Positions 35,901-45,600 of a stretch of 64,000 bases of DNA are shown piece after piece (position 1 is the stretch's first letter; each line of letters starts with the position of its first letter). Position numbers and translations under genes: made by a program. A model generated the notes under the pieces. The model was not told where the DNA came from. It was given only the letters and a program-made list of their open reading frames with translations, and searched no databases. The DNA comes from a virus (taxonomy: Duplodnaviria; Caudoviricetes), in the IMG/VR virus record IMGVR_UViG_3300021091_000011; one strand, written 5' to 3'.

Positions 35901-38900
35901 TATTGGAATCACGGGCATTCAGTCGATTGGCTCGGTGAGTGCTGACTCGGTTGAACCCCCTCGATTCGTCACGAACACGCAACGCGGCGACTTGCATAGG
36001 TACACGGCTCAGAATCTCTTTGGGCACAAAGGCGGCGGCACGACGGGCCTTCGCATTACCGAAGTCGGCTTCGCACGTCTATTCGACTTTTCGGATGTCG
36101 CAGGCATCGTACTCGATGACGGCTTGGGCGCAGGCAACGGTGGTCTGGACGCGCTGATTAATCTTGGCGTATCGCCAGGCAACGTGCTCGTCATCAACGT
36201 CTATAACCCAAGTCCGTTGGCCGTAAACGCCTACTTGGGCAGCGTGGTGATACCGAGCACGGTTTTGGCGGCGGTGATTTACTACAAGCCCGCTGTCGGT
36301 GTGGCCGTATCGACAAATCTCACGCCTCCGGGCTGGACGCTGCTGAACTCGACGCAGTTGCAAATCAACGCCGTGGCGTCCGTCTTGAGCACGCTTGGCT
36401 TGGTTTCGGGCCAAGCCTACGACTTCACGCTTACAGTTGATACCTACGTCGATACGACGACGAGCAATCTGACGAGCGGTGCGTTGGCCGTCGGCTCCGC
36501 ATTAGGTTCGACCTCCTGTTCGATTCGTGTGAATCGACTTACTTTCGACGAGCGCGTGTCGTTTGCCTCGGCTTTGCCGCGAAACACGAACCCCGCGAAC
36601 GGCGACGGCTCAATCGAAATGGGCCTCGCGCTCAATGTTTTCGAGAGTCCGGTCGGCGCGGGCGCGGTAATCTCGACGGTCAACAACGCCTCCGAAATCA
36701 ACGGCGGGCTTTATCTGACTTTTCTAGCACGCACTTACGGCGTCGGCACTTTCACGGCGGCGACATTGCCCGCAACCGAAATCGGTTCCGTGCGCGCGAT
36801 GGCGTGGGAAGGTCACGGCAATACGCCGATCACGGCGACGAATCTGGTCGTATCTGCGGTGCCCTCGTCCGAACGTGATGCCGCTGGCGTCATTTGCGAC
36901 GGCTCCGGCGTCATTCTCGATGCGGTCGCGCCCTACGCGACCGAGAACGTGACGTGGTTGCAAACGCTGGCCGTCGCTAACGGTGCAGTAGCGAACGTCG
37001 AATCTGGCGACGTCGCTATCGTCAACGGCGGGCTAATCACGGGCGCGGTGAAAACAGGCACTTACTTGGTGCGTCACGCGGTCACCGAAACTGCTTTCGG
37101 CCTGCGACCGATTAAGAACTCGACGCTGGCGGGCAGCAAAACCTGTTTCGACCTTCGATTCCCAACCGTCGTGAGCATTTCGGGCGTCCTGAGTCTTACA
37201 GTAGGCAACGTGCAGCCTGTTTTGTATTCCCCGACGGGCTGCGGTTTCCCATCATCCGGCTTCGTCTACGTCATCCGAAATGACGTGTGGGTGACTTGGT
37301 CTGCGGGCGTTTACACGCTCAACGCCGAGGCGGTCTACAAACTCGGCTACTCGGCGGTCGCTTACAACGCTGCGACTAAGACGGCGGTTTTCACGCTGAC
37401 GGGCTTGAGACTAAAAGCCGATGGTTCACCCATCACGCCGTCTGAACTCGCGTTGGGCGTTACTGCAAACCTGAAAGTGTCCGGTTTCAAGTATCTGCCC
37501 ATCGGACGCTTGGCCGATGATTTGCCGGACAATAATCTGGTGGGCTTCGGTTCGGCTGGCGGCATCGCGGGCGTCACTAACGTCACCATCGGCACGCAGG
37601 CGATTGCGGGTGCTCCGGTGGCGTCATTCACTTGGAACACGGCTTCGGTCCCCGCATTGGTTCAAGACCTCTCGGGCGCGGGTCCGGCTGCGAATCAATT
37701 GGCCGTGCGCGTTCCGACGCCGAATGACTCCACGGCGTTCTATGCCGACACGAACGCGGTGATTTACGGTCGCGTCGATAACGGCGTGAACCCCGTCACA
37801 GGCGTCGCTTCGCATCTGGACCTGACGACGATTGATTGGGACACGGTGCATTTCAATCCCGTGTTTGCCCCGACCGTCCTGCAATGCTTATTGCCCGGCG
37901 ATGAAGTCGCGTTCTCGGACAGCATCAGTCCGCTTGCGAATCCCGGATTTTCGGCGGTCGCGGGCATCTTCTTAGAGCCTTCGATACCTAAGCCCGTCGG
38001 TGACTTGAACAGTCTCGACCCCCATGTGGTCACGGCTTCGCACACGACGCTCGACGTGGGTATCCGCAAGTACGGTGATTTCGTCGCGCTCGGCACGCAA
38101 GAAACCGTGCAGTTTGCCATTCGCCGCATTCGTCGCTTCCATGACGTGCAAACGAACCTCTCGGCAATCATCGACCCCTTGCGATTCGTCTACGAGACTC
38201 GTCGCGGGCCTATCGCCGTCCCTATTGCTACGCCGACTGTTAACGTCACTTTCGCGGACGGCACGACGCTCGGCTTTTTTGACGACCCCGATGTGGCCGT
38301 AAAGCCAAGTTGCACGCTGCGGGTACTAAACGCTGCGGGTGATGTTCTCGATACGGCTGAAATCAGGGCGGTGCTCAGTTCAACATCGTTGCTTTTGCGC
38401 GAACCCGGACTAACGCAAGACCTGACCTCTGCTGCGTCCTTCGAGATTTACCTCGTCGATGCGCCCGTGCCCCATGAGCAATCATGCGCGCAGTTGCTAG
38501 ACGCACTTGTTGACCCGAATGGCGGCGGCTCGATTGTTTATAAGCGCACGGTGGACTACTCGACCTACCCCTTCGGAAATGGCGGCTCGGTCATTACTGC
38601 GAATGAGTTGCTAGATGCGGGCTTGGCTACGCTCACGTCTAGCGAGTTGGTGCTTCAAGACGACTATGTGATTGTCGATCCCGCAGGGGCTTTGTTCGCG
38701 GCGGGCGAGACGGGCCTATTCCCGAACGGTGACACTTCTGTATCGGGACGTGTGCCCTTTGTCGCGGGGCGTCCGTCGAAGTTGGACGACAATCGCGGCT
38801 TTTATCGCGTCACGGCGAATCAAACGTCCGGCGATAACAAACTTGTGGTCTCGGGCACCACGCAATTCAGCGGCTCGGATGAACTCGGCGGCGACGACGT

Positions 38901-39654
38901 GATCTACGGCGACGTGGGCGCTGAATACGCGGTGCTGCCGACGATTAGCGGGTCATTGGTTTCGCAAGGCCCGACCGAAGGCCAGCAAACTCTTCGCGTC
39001 ACGGCTTCGGCTGACGGCACGGGTGCTTTCTTAGGTCGTGTTGGCGACGCGCAGTATCGCTCGCTTGAGCCTTTCGGCTTCACGGTGATTCGGCCTGCCC
39101 GCACGGTGTTTTCGTCGAACGAATCCATCGAGACCACGTTGTTCATGCGCGAACGTATGTTGAGCCTGATTCAATACATGGCTTCGGCTTATGGGCGAGG
39201 CGGGACGTATTACGTTTTCCAGCGTGACGATCAAATCGAGAACCTGCCTAACCCATCTGACGTACTCGTGGGTCAAGGCGTGTTCACGAACGCCATTGTA
39301 GACTTACTTCGCGGTCTGACTAACTACGCGCCGTTTGCGAACAACCCAATCTGCCTGTCGGTGCATGACCGAAGGCTTTGGATCAAAGATTTCGCGTTGG
39401 ATTATGAAAGCCCGAACGGTGTCGCGCCTTTCTATGCGGCTCTTAGCACGAACGGACTGAATCAGAGGCCCATTTTGACGGATTTCATCGACGATGTGCT
39501 TGACAACGTCGATGATTTGCATGGCGCGCGTTACGCTTGGCTTGAATATCGCACGAATCAGGTAAATGGGACCATCGTGAGCGCGAGTCGTTCGAAAGAA
39601 AGAATCAATCAAGTTAGGGTGAAACAGGCGAACGCGATTCGACGTAGCCGCTAA
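29923..39654 (+). CDS. Giant probable virion structural protein (about 3240 aa)
   Basis: Uninterrupted 9.7-kb ORF rich in Gly/Val/Thr/Ser with beta-strand character; ATG at 29923 overlaps the previous stop region. Confidence 0.8.
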   Translation: MSFVISGSGDLSGAVVCVPSIWIRLGDPWTRVCPQPANAVNLFASAAVNNSNSAVTLTPRAVDLYHWVESGVEVRNVGAIKPSGNVIPSGFAVGDQLPDYFLLGLGGVSVDCELVSNNPGGLTPNRAYLNINNGEFYLGAGLILETLQYGLDTVQSLVVGGDNKARVWVNTLRVGLGLVLSDCIYGVLNCRLVISDSDLPLPAGISPTEFYLSLASGLCVFSSVYISGRVLKILGVGVSSNPVPNVRHVVLNANGRGQVPAADSLTLWPSNLAGWSRGPITAVGDRPSAWGVVTENSGELFIVGKRDLLAIVEYDSDLPTQGYGLNRERGYYSLESGALQVRSGVGNEVVDFKCGLVPVGFEAPVGVVSLVGLLRGPFDLSGETFVFALDGVVTSFTLPIGRYTSGQLAVLLNAASGVPNAWFDLAGGLACVANASIEIGWGDARIGFAQGWIVTSGARWNSYNGLAMGLYRQVGEGDLTVRLYGEVDDEILVEKIGESSLVYLGQGFPDALQSGYEPDGFFEIVGSNGLISQPLSGRPTAGVFTSSWGVGLLLDCVERNRFSWVERFETGSISVDNGVDQITLDGLGVISLTLEVQEPNLPWLPQEYVLVGNTALFSSRIGADLLSGGVGESVSGVFTDVTIADFTVANVNVGDLLVTSDNLVYRIISVAAGALGLYPSDSFGLVGWQVLDTEPVGLAVYDPALIADRQFLQLPTWDGGDPFAIRVITPLSGATANLSKPYAKSLRYGAVDAGNSALDLLVRGVSMGALSSQMQMPAFVLSDPHYTTSTAGGFYFSLRVPTAVIVITSAFTVPSPPLGVIEVGLFGSGISGQVRVASNLVTAYADLLVYYDQEFLPAGVIVNAEGDIATGALNIPTAYAGESLFLVEKYTSDSVTVSPVPGTAFFQTPIEPRQYVEATYYPTNSGGVNKTGDLIVEFMPISIRLEEATRINARLYSFNPSGLAYDSASEPMIWVGAEMQNYSGNLTATVNGALSQIAFTYDVPITSKVQITYSVLNAPLGTASQSYQVTQAPVWQPPFWLNAGQSVFVLEGDRTATVAPDHLIGVGGKYVAYVQGVTLLPSGDTQVEIYPAPVREVGSRSPGVDQGLVITDRNVTDVDFIQVVPNAFLGAGVGASLIQFYGDARSIIAPRHLIDLDGVPYLVQNVQLTSDGRKTVAYLQIPLQRDVAEGSVVKCSFRPIYQNQPIDFTISGTQITGTSFTAILFSSDSSIPGKVLVPNTQYVVENGALKFQTQFQTPLQPNERLYASYTKSKVISPTMIDDALVVPKYRATYLAITQPSDANGLLGGVLKGKYFYLDAESFTLKIQPIADYLPIVLLDAARRPENPDDTATPTPFPQGGAVTVQKQAENARNAYWDALNLDAGGRVFVTLFNNAVTPFEQVLETIDGRVIGDRDGKLRLYVGPESVTPIAGGVYALTSHLYPRVVWRDLLEAWSPNTSGWFFMPDDFIYDPRSITLGVNPGSLNGYPPSGPDLDFFIDLQREYQRNDVDDVLMTSFKRNVTLANTLLPVITFKGRFESAWQPNAFSRLYPEQTRYFTRLLPGLEAQIDANTGEVIDAGFYSAGRLLPVAGTQPGTTVNKVVKTRNTVIGQISNPVLGELKNVSDITANDRGPRARVWAYYPNGNAALDAALALATPTVGRATLVLTPQTINDFVIDQITGFPDTSLLVTNGGANPDVNSGDAELSTPEFASGDQILLGNPDGTVRTVYLPASGLGAAENPVFVDDIQAGCVVFLKDLNNSALSGAQIFMSDPISGGGISFDPTQGDTIFTPTSQAAIAPNLVSDPVSLADAAKLIETNGDYRIQNDLKVRRRTGQILDASLPVVEDIWGLPIQDWAGQNPPLPGSCIEGTADIINADSEPARLPALFGGTRDDSGDNQIPFLALGNTEIRLLQQASRLFDGLFLDSAAPVQAVYPDEIAVSDGVIYGAVTGGLEPATLYTATANFTPVFVAGSGVGPARQRDFLLVQTGQSPIGITGIQSIGSVSADSVEPPRFVTNTQRGDLHRYTAQNLFGHKGGGTTGLRITEVGFARLFDFSDVAGIVLDDGLGAGNGGLDALINLGVSPGNVLVINVYNPSPLAVNAYLGSVVIPSTVLAAVIYYKPAVGVAVSTNLTPPGWTLLNSTQLQINAVASVLSTLGLVSGQAYDFTLTVDTYVDTTTSNLTSGALAVGSALGSTSCSIRVNRLTFDERVSFASALPRNTNPANGDGSIEMGLALNVFESPVGAGAVISTVNNASEINGGLYLTFLARTYGVGTFTAATLPATEIGSVRAMAWEGHGNTPITATNLVVSAVPSSERDAAGVICDGSGVILDAVAPYATENVTWLQTLAVANGAVANVESGDVAIVNGGLITGAVKTGTYLVRHAVTETAFGLRPIKNSTLAGSKTCFDLRFPTVVSISGVLSLTVGNVQPVLYSPTGCGFPSSGFVYVIRNDVWVTWSAGVYTLNAEAVYKLGYSAVAYNAATKTAVFTLTGLRLKADGSPITPSELALGVTANLKVSGFKYLPIGRLADDLPDNNLVGFGSAGGIAGVTNVTIGTQAIAGAPVASFTWNTASVPALVQDLSGAGPAANQLAVRVPTPNDSTAFYADTNAVIYGRVDNGVNPVTGVASHLDLTTIDWDTVHFNPVFAPTVLQCLLPGDEVAFSDSISPLANPGFSAVAGIFLEPSIPKPVGDLNSLDPHVVTASHTTLDVGIRKYGDFVALGTQETVQFAIRRIRRFHDVQTNLSAIIDPLRFVYETRRGPIAVPIATPTVNVTFADGTTLGFFDDPDVAVKPSCTLRVLNAAGDVLDTAEIRAVLSSTSLLLREPGLTQDLTSAASFEIYLVDAPVPHEQSCAQLLDALVDPNGGGSIVYKRTVDYSTYPFGNGGSVITANELLDAGLATLTSSELVLQDDYVIVDPAGALFAAGETGLFPNGDTSVSGRVPFVAGRPSKLDDNRGFYRVTANQTSGDNKLVVSGTTQFSGSDELGGDDVIYGDVGAEYAVLPTISGSLVSQGPTEGQQTLRVTASADGTGAFLGRVGDAQYRSLEPFGFTVIRPARTVFSSNESIETTLFMRERMLSLIQYMASAYGRGGTYYVFQRDDQIENLPNPSDVLVGQGVFTNAIVDLLRGLTNYAPFANNPICLSVHDRRLWIKDFALDYESPNGVAPFYAALSTNGLNQRPILTDFIDDVLDNVDDLHGARYAWLEYRTNQVNGTIVSASRSKERINQVRVKQANAIRRSR

Positions 39655-39702
39655 TGCGGCTATCTAGTTGCGCTTGCGTAGCATTTACAAGAGGCCCATC
39701 GT

Positions 39703-42700
39703 ATGCCTGAAAGTTTTGGGAACGGCGTATCTCGCACTCTGAGTGCGCTAAATCGTCAGTTTCAAGCGGTCACTTGGCAGGCTAACAAGCCTCCGCTGGA
39801 CTCCGAACTCAACCTGATGGCGCAAGTCGAGTGGGAGCGACTTGGCAATCTCGTTCGCTCGCAGACGCATAGCGGGTTTTTCATTGACCCCATGCAAGCG
39901 ACGGCTGATTTCGTCACCAGCGCCGATTACTCGAACTTCTTTCGACTCGGCAACGTCCCCATTGGCTTTCAAGCCCCCGCAATGTGGGCTAACGTCAACG
40001 GTTGGGTTATTCCTGTCACGGGCGTTGCTTACAATGGCGTCACCAATCAGGTGAATCTCTGGCCCCCTCCGGCGAGCGATGCCCGAATCGACTTCGTGTT
40101 CTTGGAAGCCTGGCTTACTTTGGTCGCGCCGAATCCGAGCACGGCGAATAAGCCTTCGGCCTCCACGATTTACAAGTACGGCAACACGCAATACGGCGGC
40201 ACGAACGTCGCTGACGACATCGAAGATCCCGCGATTGGCTTTGAGACGACCGAGCGCGTGCAATTGCAGTATCGCATTCGCGTATTCGGCCAAGGCACGG
40301 GCTTGGGCAATAGCGTTGCGCTGAACGTCTATCCCGATGGTCTTGATGACCCTTCCGTGAAGGCTCAGGGCACCGCCGCTGCTCCTTTGCCTGCGTACTC
40401 GTGGGCGAATATGCGTGACGTGCTCGGCGATGCGGGCTTGTGGCGCGCAGGCGATGGTGACCCCGAAAACGCTTTGGGCACGCTCGACGGCTACGTTTAC
40501 GCGATCCCGATTTGCGCGGTCTTTCGTCGCAATACCAGCCCTTTTATCGCGCAACAGCCTGCGGGTAACGCAAATCAAAACGGCGCTTTCGACCGCAACC
40601 CATACTCGGCACCCATTACAGACCCCGCTGAAGCCGTCCGCACGTTCACTTCAGTCACGTTGACTTCGAGCCTGTCTGCTACGGCTTCGGGCGTGGTGAG
40701 CGTAACGAGCTTGGCGAATTCCGGCTTGGACAACCCCGATTTGTATTCGGGCGGCTCGGTTTTCTACCTGCTCGACGGCGAGGTTGTAGAAATCAGCGGC
40801 GTCGGCGCAGGCACGATCACGATTGCGTCGCGTGGGCGTTTGGGTACTCAGGCCGTCCCGCATGACGCGGCGACCGCCCTACGGTTCTATTGCTTCCGCG
40901 CAGACGGCTTGTTCTCAGATCAGATTGCGGCGAGTGACATTCTTGACCTTCGCCGTTCGATTACGCTTGGCGAGTGGGACTACAACCAAATCCTGCTGCA
41001 CAATCTCGGGCAGTTGTTCGCCAACAGGCTGCGGTCTAGTTACAAGCAGTCCGGCGCGGCTGATACCGAGGGCACGGTCGTCCCCGAGGTTTCATACCTG
41101 CCTACCACGAGCCTTTCGCCTGTGCCGAATCAAACCGAACAGGTGGATTCGCCCGATGGGATTCGTGAGGTGTTCTCGGACGCCGTGGTGATTCAAGACA
41201 ATGTGACCGTCATGCTTTTGCCTGACTCAAGCGGTGGGCCGGGCGCTCCGGTCGCGGTGCCTGATTTCACGTCGGGTGCGCCGACTTGGGAAACGGCTGC
41301 GGATTTCCAGCCGAACGGTTGGCAACCTTCGGGCGAGGGCATTCAGAACGGCACGGTCATCAATCTTTTCATCGGCGGTGCTTCGGGCAACGACGGTGCG
41401 CGCAAGTCCATGGGCGGTGTGCGAGCCGTTCGTTTCGCTACGCCCAAAGAAATGTGGCTCCAAGGCGCGGAGAGCAAGACGCCGTTCAAGTTGCGCTTCG
41501 TTGGTTCTACGACGGCGTCAAATGACGGCTTGTTCTGCGAGCCCCCGGTCACGGGCGAATTGGTTGGCGAACATCCTGGCCCGATGTACCCGCTTCCTCA
41601 GTTGAACTTCGAGTATCCGTTCATCGTTCTCGGTGGCGTGGTCGAAACGTCACTTCGCAATACGTCGGCAACCGTCGTGAGCGCGGCGACTACGGGTGAC
41701 TACGCCGAGGTGCAATTCCCTGGTCTGAATTTCACGGCGGGCGGCGCATGGGTGAATTCGACTGATCCGCTTAATCCTGCTTTGGTCACCAATCCGATTC
41801 TTTACGGCAAGCGCACGCTCTACGATATGATTACGAAGGGCGGCACGGATATCACGGGCCGTTCATCTGAACTCTATCTGGTCCTGTCCGGCGATACGAC
41901 GAACTCCGAAAACTGCGGTGTGTTCCGCGTCATCGGCGCGGGTGATGTTGCTTCCCAATACACTTCGGTTACGGGCACGGCAGTAAACTCGCTCGTCGTA
42001 GAAGGCGTGCAAGCGGGATGGACGGATTTCGTTGACGCGGCCAATCTGACCGCCGAAGTACGTTCGCAATACTCGAATACCGAGGACGGCCCGAACGCTT
42101 CCGTGGGCAACGCTGCGGCGGCAGTTGTCGTAATGACCGATCTCGCGGGCACGTTGGGCGGTGTTTCTAACCCATGGCGTGCTGCTACGCTTGGCGCAAA
42201 CGCCATGACGTTCCCAAATGCGAGCGCGGCGATTCTCGACACGAGCCTGATTTATGGCTCTGGACGTGGCGCAATGCCCCGCGTACCGGACACAATTGAC
42301 CGCTTCGCCGTCGTCAACCCCATTTCTTCAACCTACTTGCTTCGTCGCGCGGTGGGCACGATTGACCCCGCTGCGGGCTCTGCTGACGTGCCCACGAACG
42401 AGATTTACTATCCCGCTCAGGGCGTGCAAACGTGGTCGGGACTTTCAGACCATGGCCTCAACGCTCCCGAAGGTCAATCGCTCCCGCTCGGCAATGGGCG
42501 TGGCGCTTTGTCGGAGCAGTTGCGTGAGGGCGAACTTTTCGCCGATGCGGGTTCTAAGACGCTCGTGATTCGGCCTTACCGCAAGGTCAACCTGTCGGTG
42601 AATCTGCGTGATGTGAACGTGGACGGCGGCGGCACGCTTGTACCGACGACTTATGCTGCGGGCGCAGGCGCAGGCAATTCGGTTGACGATGCGGGCATCT

Positions 42701-45012
42701 TCGACGCGGGCTTGAAAAAGGGTTACAGCCTGCCCCCCGAGTATATGCCTCGATTCGGGCGGCAGGATATCCCCGTCTACAAATACGCGGCGACGGACGT
42801 TATCGCGGCGCTGCCCTATTACTTCGGCGTCAATCACCTGTTCGCTGATTCGGTCACGAACACCGACGCCGTGTTTAATCTCATCGGTGGCACGGATAAC
42901 GGTGGCGCTGCGGACGTCACGTCTATCTTGTTTCAGACGAGCGTAGCTTCGGGCTTGGACTATGGCGAGTACGGCCCGATTGTGGGCGGCAACAACGCCT
43001 ATCAGTCGCGGCTCTACACCGATATCAACGTCCGCGCTTCGGACTTGCCTCCGGGCTTGAAGGGCATTCAGTTGCCCCCATTCTTGGGCATCGCACGCAT
43101 TTACGGCGTGTACGATGCCCGCGAATGGGCGGGCTCTGGTGCGTGGCAGGCTGATCGCGTGACGCCGGAAACGGGCGGCACGCCTCCCAAGAACTTGATC
43201 CGCACGGATGCCGATAAGCAGACGTTGTTCATTGTTCAAGGCGGCGCAATCGACGTTACGCTGAACGAAAACGATCACACTTACGTCATCCCCGAAAACC
43301 TGATCGACATTCGGCTCTCGGGCTCTTTCGTCGCGGGCGAGACGTTTGACGATCTGGATTACATTGTCGAGTGCGAAGTGTTTGGCTTCGCACGAGGCTT
43401 CATCAACCTCAATAACTACGTCCTAGCCCGAAAGCACAACGGCGCAGGAGCCGCGCCTTCTGGACTCGCGCAGGATATCGGCATGGTCTTGCCTTTGCCC
43501 TTGCCTGCGAATAGTTGCTATGCGGCTTACCATCGCACCGTCTATCAAGGCGACCCATACATGACGCGGGGCGCAGCCGCTCAGGTCGTTTCTGACTATG
43601 AGCCGCGCTTCGGACAAATCTCCGTCGCCAACGCCTATCAACTCGTCACCGCGATTCAACAGTTCGACGCTAACGGCGATCAAGTGCCGGAAATCCCGAA
43701 CGCGCGTGGGCTTGAGATTCTGGCCGCTGCTGATTTTTATACGACGCTCGGCACGGGCAAAATCGGCGGCGCTTTGCAATCCGGCACGGCGACTGACATT
43801 GGGCATTTAGAGTCCAACGGCACGCGCTTGCCGACATCGGCCACCGCCAATCAGTTTCAGCCGCAAGCCCGCACGTTCACCGAAGGCCAGCCCGAATCCG
43901 CGCCTCGTGGTTCGCTCGTAATCCGCGTGCTTTTGGCTTCGGCGGCTTCGGCTAATCAGTCGATCTATTTCTATCAGGGTGCGAAGTATCAATACGCACA
44001 ATCAAATGCTAGTTTCTCCGGCCTGACGACTTCTGCTACGGCTGAAGACTTGGCTGACTTTATCAACAGTCAGGTCAATCCTTACGTCCCCGTCAAAGCC
44101 TATTGGAATGGCGGTAACGACGTTTTGGTTCAGGCGGTCAATTCCGGCGTGAGTGATATTAGAATCGACCTGCGGCCTGCGGGTACGAATCGTGACGTCA
44201 CGGGTTTCGCTCTGATCGCACCTACGGGTTATGCACCTGCATCGACCTCGCGCTATTTACTCGGCGGTCAGGACATTCCAGTAAACGCGGCGCGTGTAAG
44301 CGACGCGCCAACGCCGATTGCAATAACGGGCCTTACGGAACGCTTGCCTTTGGGCATCCTGCTCAATGACTCGGACTTCATTGGTGAGGACCCCGCGCGC
44401 ACGGGTTCTTCGATGCTTCACGTCGCGCCTTCGGCGGGTGGGCCTGCTGGCAACGTCAAGGTGCCCGAAGTGCGCGGTGCCGAATACGACCGCCTAAGCG
44501 GACCTGCGGGGCATCTCGGCATGGCCGATGGCGGCGTGTTGCTTTATACGGCTTGGACGACGGTGACGCCTACGGGTAGCCGACTCTTCCGCGTCTATCG
44601 CGGCGGCACGGCTTACGTCATCGGCGGTCAAAATCCGGGTGGTCCGGTCGATTGGACTTCCGGCAATCTGCCCGACGGCTCCGTGTTGAAAGGCTGTGTG
44701 CTCGCAGGTCGAGCCTATCTCGTCCGTAACTACGAAGAATCAGCCTTCGGCAACGTGACGACGCACGGTGACGAAATCCAAATGGTCATCGTCACTCGCG
44801 GCATCGTCGGCGAAAGTTTGAACTGCGAAAACGGCTACGCCCTTGTCGGACAGATTAGCCCGACGGGTTACGGCGAAGGCTATTCGGCGGCTGACCGATA
44901 TAGGCTTGAAGGCAAGCCCTTACACGCAGGCACGAGCAAGAACGGCCCGAATCCTGTTGTCCCCTTGGCTCCGTATCCTACGGACGACCCGCAACCCTCG
45001 ACGCCATGCTGA
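39703..45012 (+). CDS. Large probable tail/baseplate structural protein (1769 aa)
   Basis: N-terminal VTWQANKPPLDSELNLMAQ resembles DUF4815/DUF6519-type baseplate-protein starts; beta-rich body. Confidence 0.75.
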   Translation: MPESFGNGVSRTLSALNRQFQAVTWQANKPPLDSELNLMAQVEWERLGNLVRSQTHSGFFIDPMQATADFVTSADYSNFFRLGNVPIGFQAPAMWANVNGWVIPVTGVAYNGVTNQVNLWPPPASDARIDFVFLEAWLTLVAPNPSTANKPSASTIYKYGNTQYGGTNVADDIEDPAIGFETTERVQLQYRIRVFGQGTGLGNSVALNVYPDGLDDPSVKAQGTAAAPLPAYSWANMRDVLGDAGLWRAGDGDPENALGTLDGYVYAIPICAVFRRNTSPFIAQQPAGNANQNGAFDRNPYSAPITDPAEAVRTFTSVTLTSSLSATASGVVSVTSLANSGLDNPDLYSGGSVFYLLDGEVVEISGVGAGTITIASRGRLGTQAVPHDAATALRFYCFRADGLFSDQIAASDILDLRRSITLGEWDYNQILLHNLGQLFANRLRSSYKQSGAADTEGTVVPEVSYLPTTSLSPVPNQTEQVDSPDGIREVFSDAVVIQDNVTVMLLPDSSGGPGAPVAVPDFTSGAPTWETAADFQPNGWQPSGEGIQNGTVINLFIGGASGNDGARKSMGGVRAVRFATPKEMWLQGAESKTPFKLRFVGSTTASNDGLFCEPPVTGELVGEHPGPMYPLPQLNFEYPFIVLGGVVETSLRNTSATVVSAATTGDYAEVQFPGLNFTAGGAWVNSTDPLNPALVTNPILYGKRTLYDMITKGGTDITGRSSELYLVLSGDTTNSENCGVFRVIGAGDVASQYTSVTGTAVNSLVVEGVQAGWTDFVDAANLTAEVRSQYSNTEDGPNASVGNAAAAVVVMTDLAGTLGGVSNPWRAATLGANAMTFPNASAAILDTSLIYGSGRGAMPRVPDTIDRFAVVNPISSTYLLRRAVGTIDPAAGSADVPTNEIYYPAQGVQTWSGLSDHGLNAPEGQSLPLGNGRGALSEQLREGELFADAGSKTLVIRPYRKVNLSVNLRDVNVDGGGTLVPTTYAAGAGAGNSVDDAGIFDAGLKKGYSLPPEYMPRFGRQDIPVYKYAATDVIAALPYYFGVNHLFADSVTNTDAVFNLIGGTDNGGAADVTSILFQTSVASGLDYGEYGPIVGGNNAYQSRLYTDINVRASDLPPGLKGIQLPPFLGIARIYGVYDAREWAGSGAWQADRVTPETGGTPPKNLIRTDADKQTLFIVQGGAIDVTLNENDHTYVIPENLIDIRLSGSFVAGETFDDLDYIVECEVFGFARGFINLNNYVLARKHNGAGAAPSGLAQDIGMVLPLPLPANSCYAAYHRTVYQGDPYMTRGAAAQVVSDYEPRFGQISVANAYQLVTAIQQFDANGDQVPEIPNARGLEILAAADFYTTLGTGKIGGALQSGTATDIGHLESNGTRLPTSATANQFQPQARTFTEGQPESAPRGSLVIRVLLASAASANQSIYFYQGAKYQYAQSNASFSGLTTSATAEDLADFINSQVNPYVPVKAYWNGGNDVLVQAVNSGVSDIRIDLRPAGTNRDVTGFALIAPTGYAPASTSRYLLGGQDIPVNAARVSDAPTPIAITGLTERLPLGILLNDSDFIGEDPARTGSSMLHVAPSAGGPAGNVKVPEVRGAEYDRLSGPAGHLGMADGGVLLYTAWTTVTPTGSRLFRVYRGGTAYVIGGQNPGGPVDWTSGNLPDGSVLKGCVLAGRAYLVRNYEESAFGNVTTHGDEIQMVIVTRGIVGESLNCENGYALVGQISPTGYGEGYSAADRYRLEGKPLHAGTSKNGPNPVVPLAPYPTDDPQPSTPC

Positions 45013-45023
45013 GTTTGTAACCC

Positions 45024-45557
45024 ATGAACAAGCCGTCACCTATCCGTGTAGCAAGTCGCTATCTAAACGCCAGCCTCACGCTCGCCTTCGTCGGCAACGT
45101 CGGGGCCAAGAGCACTAAGATTCAGGACATTGGCGAAAAGGCCGCTGATGAACTCAAAGCGTTAGTCGGTGAAGCCGAAGCCGAAGCCTTGATTCGCAAC
45201 AAGTTGGCTCGGGACAAAGGCTTTTTCTTCCACGTCACGATTATTTCACCGCCCGAAGTGAAAGATATCGTGAACCGAATGGCCGCAGATAAAGCCATGA
45301 GCAAGTCCAAGGCATCGGACGAGTTCAAGGCCGAAGTCGAAGCGTTCGGCCTTACGGATAGCGGCTTGAAGTCACTCGGCTTGGGCAAGGCCGAGAAGGG
45401 CAGCGACGTGGCTTATTTCGCCGTTCTCGATTGGCCCGACGCTCAAAAACTGCGCGCCAAGTTCGGCTTGAGTGATTTCGATTTCCACACGACGATTGGT
45501 TTTGTTAAGGCCGACGTTCACGGCGTTCGCAAGAATCGATCTACTCTGATTCGCTAA
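45024..45557 (+). CDS. 2H phosphoesterase with an N-terminal RVASRYLNA tag
   Basis: Two HxT motifs: FFFHVTIISP and DFHTTIGF. Confidence 0.8.
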   Translation: MNKPSPIRVASRYLNASLTLAFVGNVGAKSTKIQDIGEKAADELKALVGEAEAEALIRNKLARDKGFFFHVTIISPPEVKDIVNRMAADKAMSKSKASDEFKAEVEAFGLTDSGLKSLGLGKAEKGSDVAYFAVLDWPDAQKLRAKFGLSDFDFHTTIGFVKADVHGVRKNRSTLIR

Positions 45558-45600
45558 CACGGCTATCGCCGTGTGATTGTTACACGACAGGGGACTTTCG

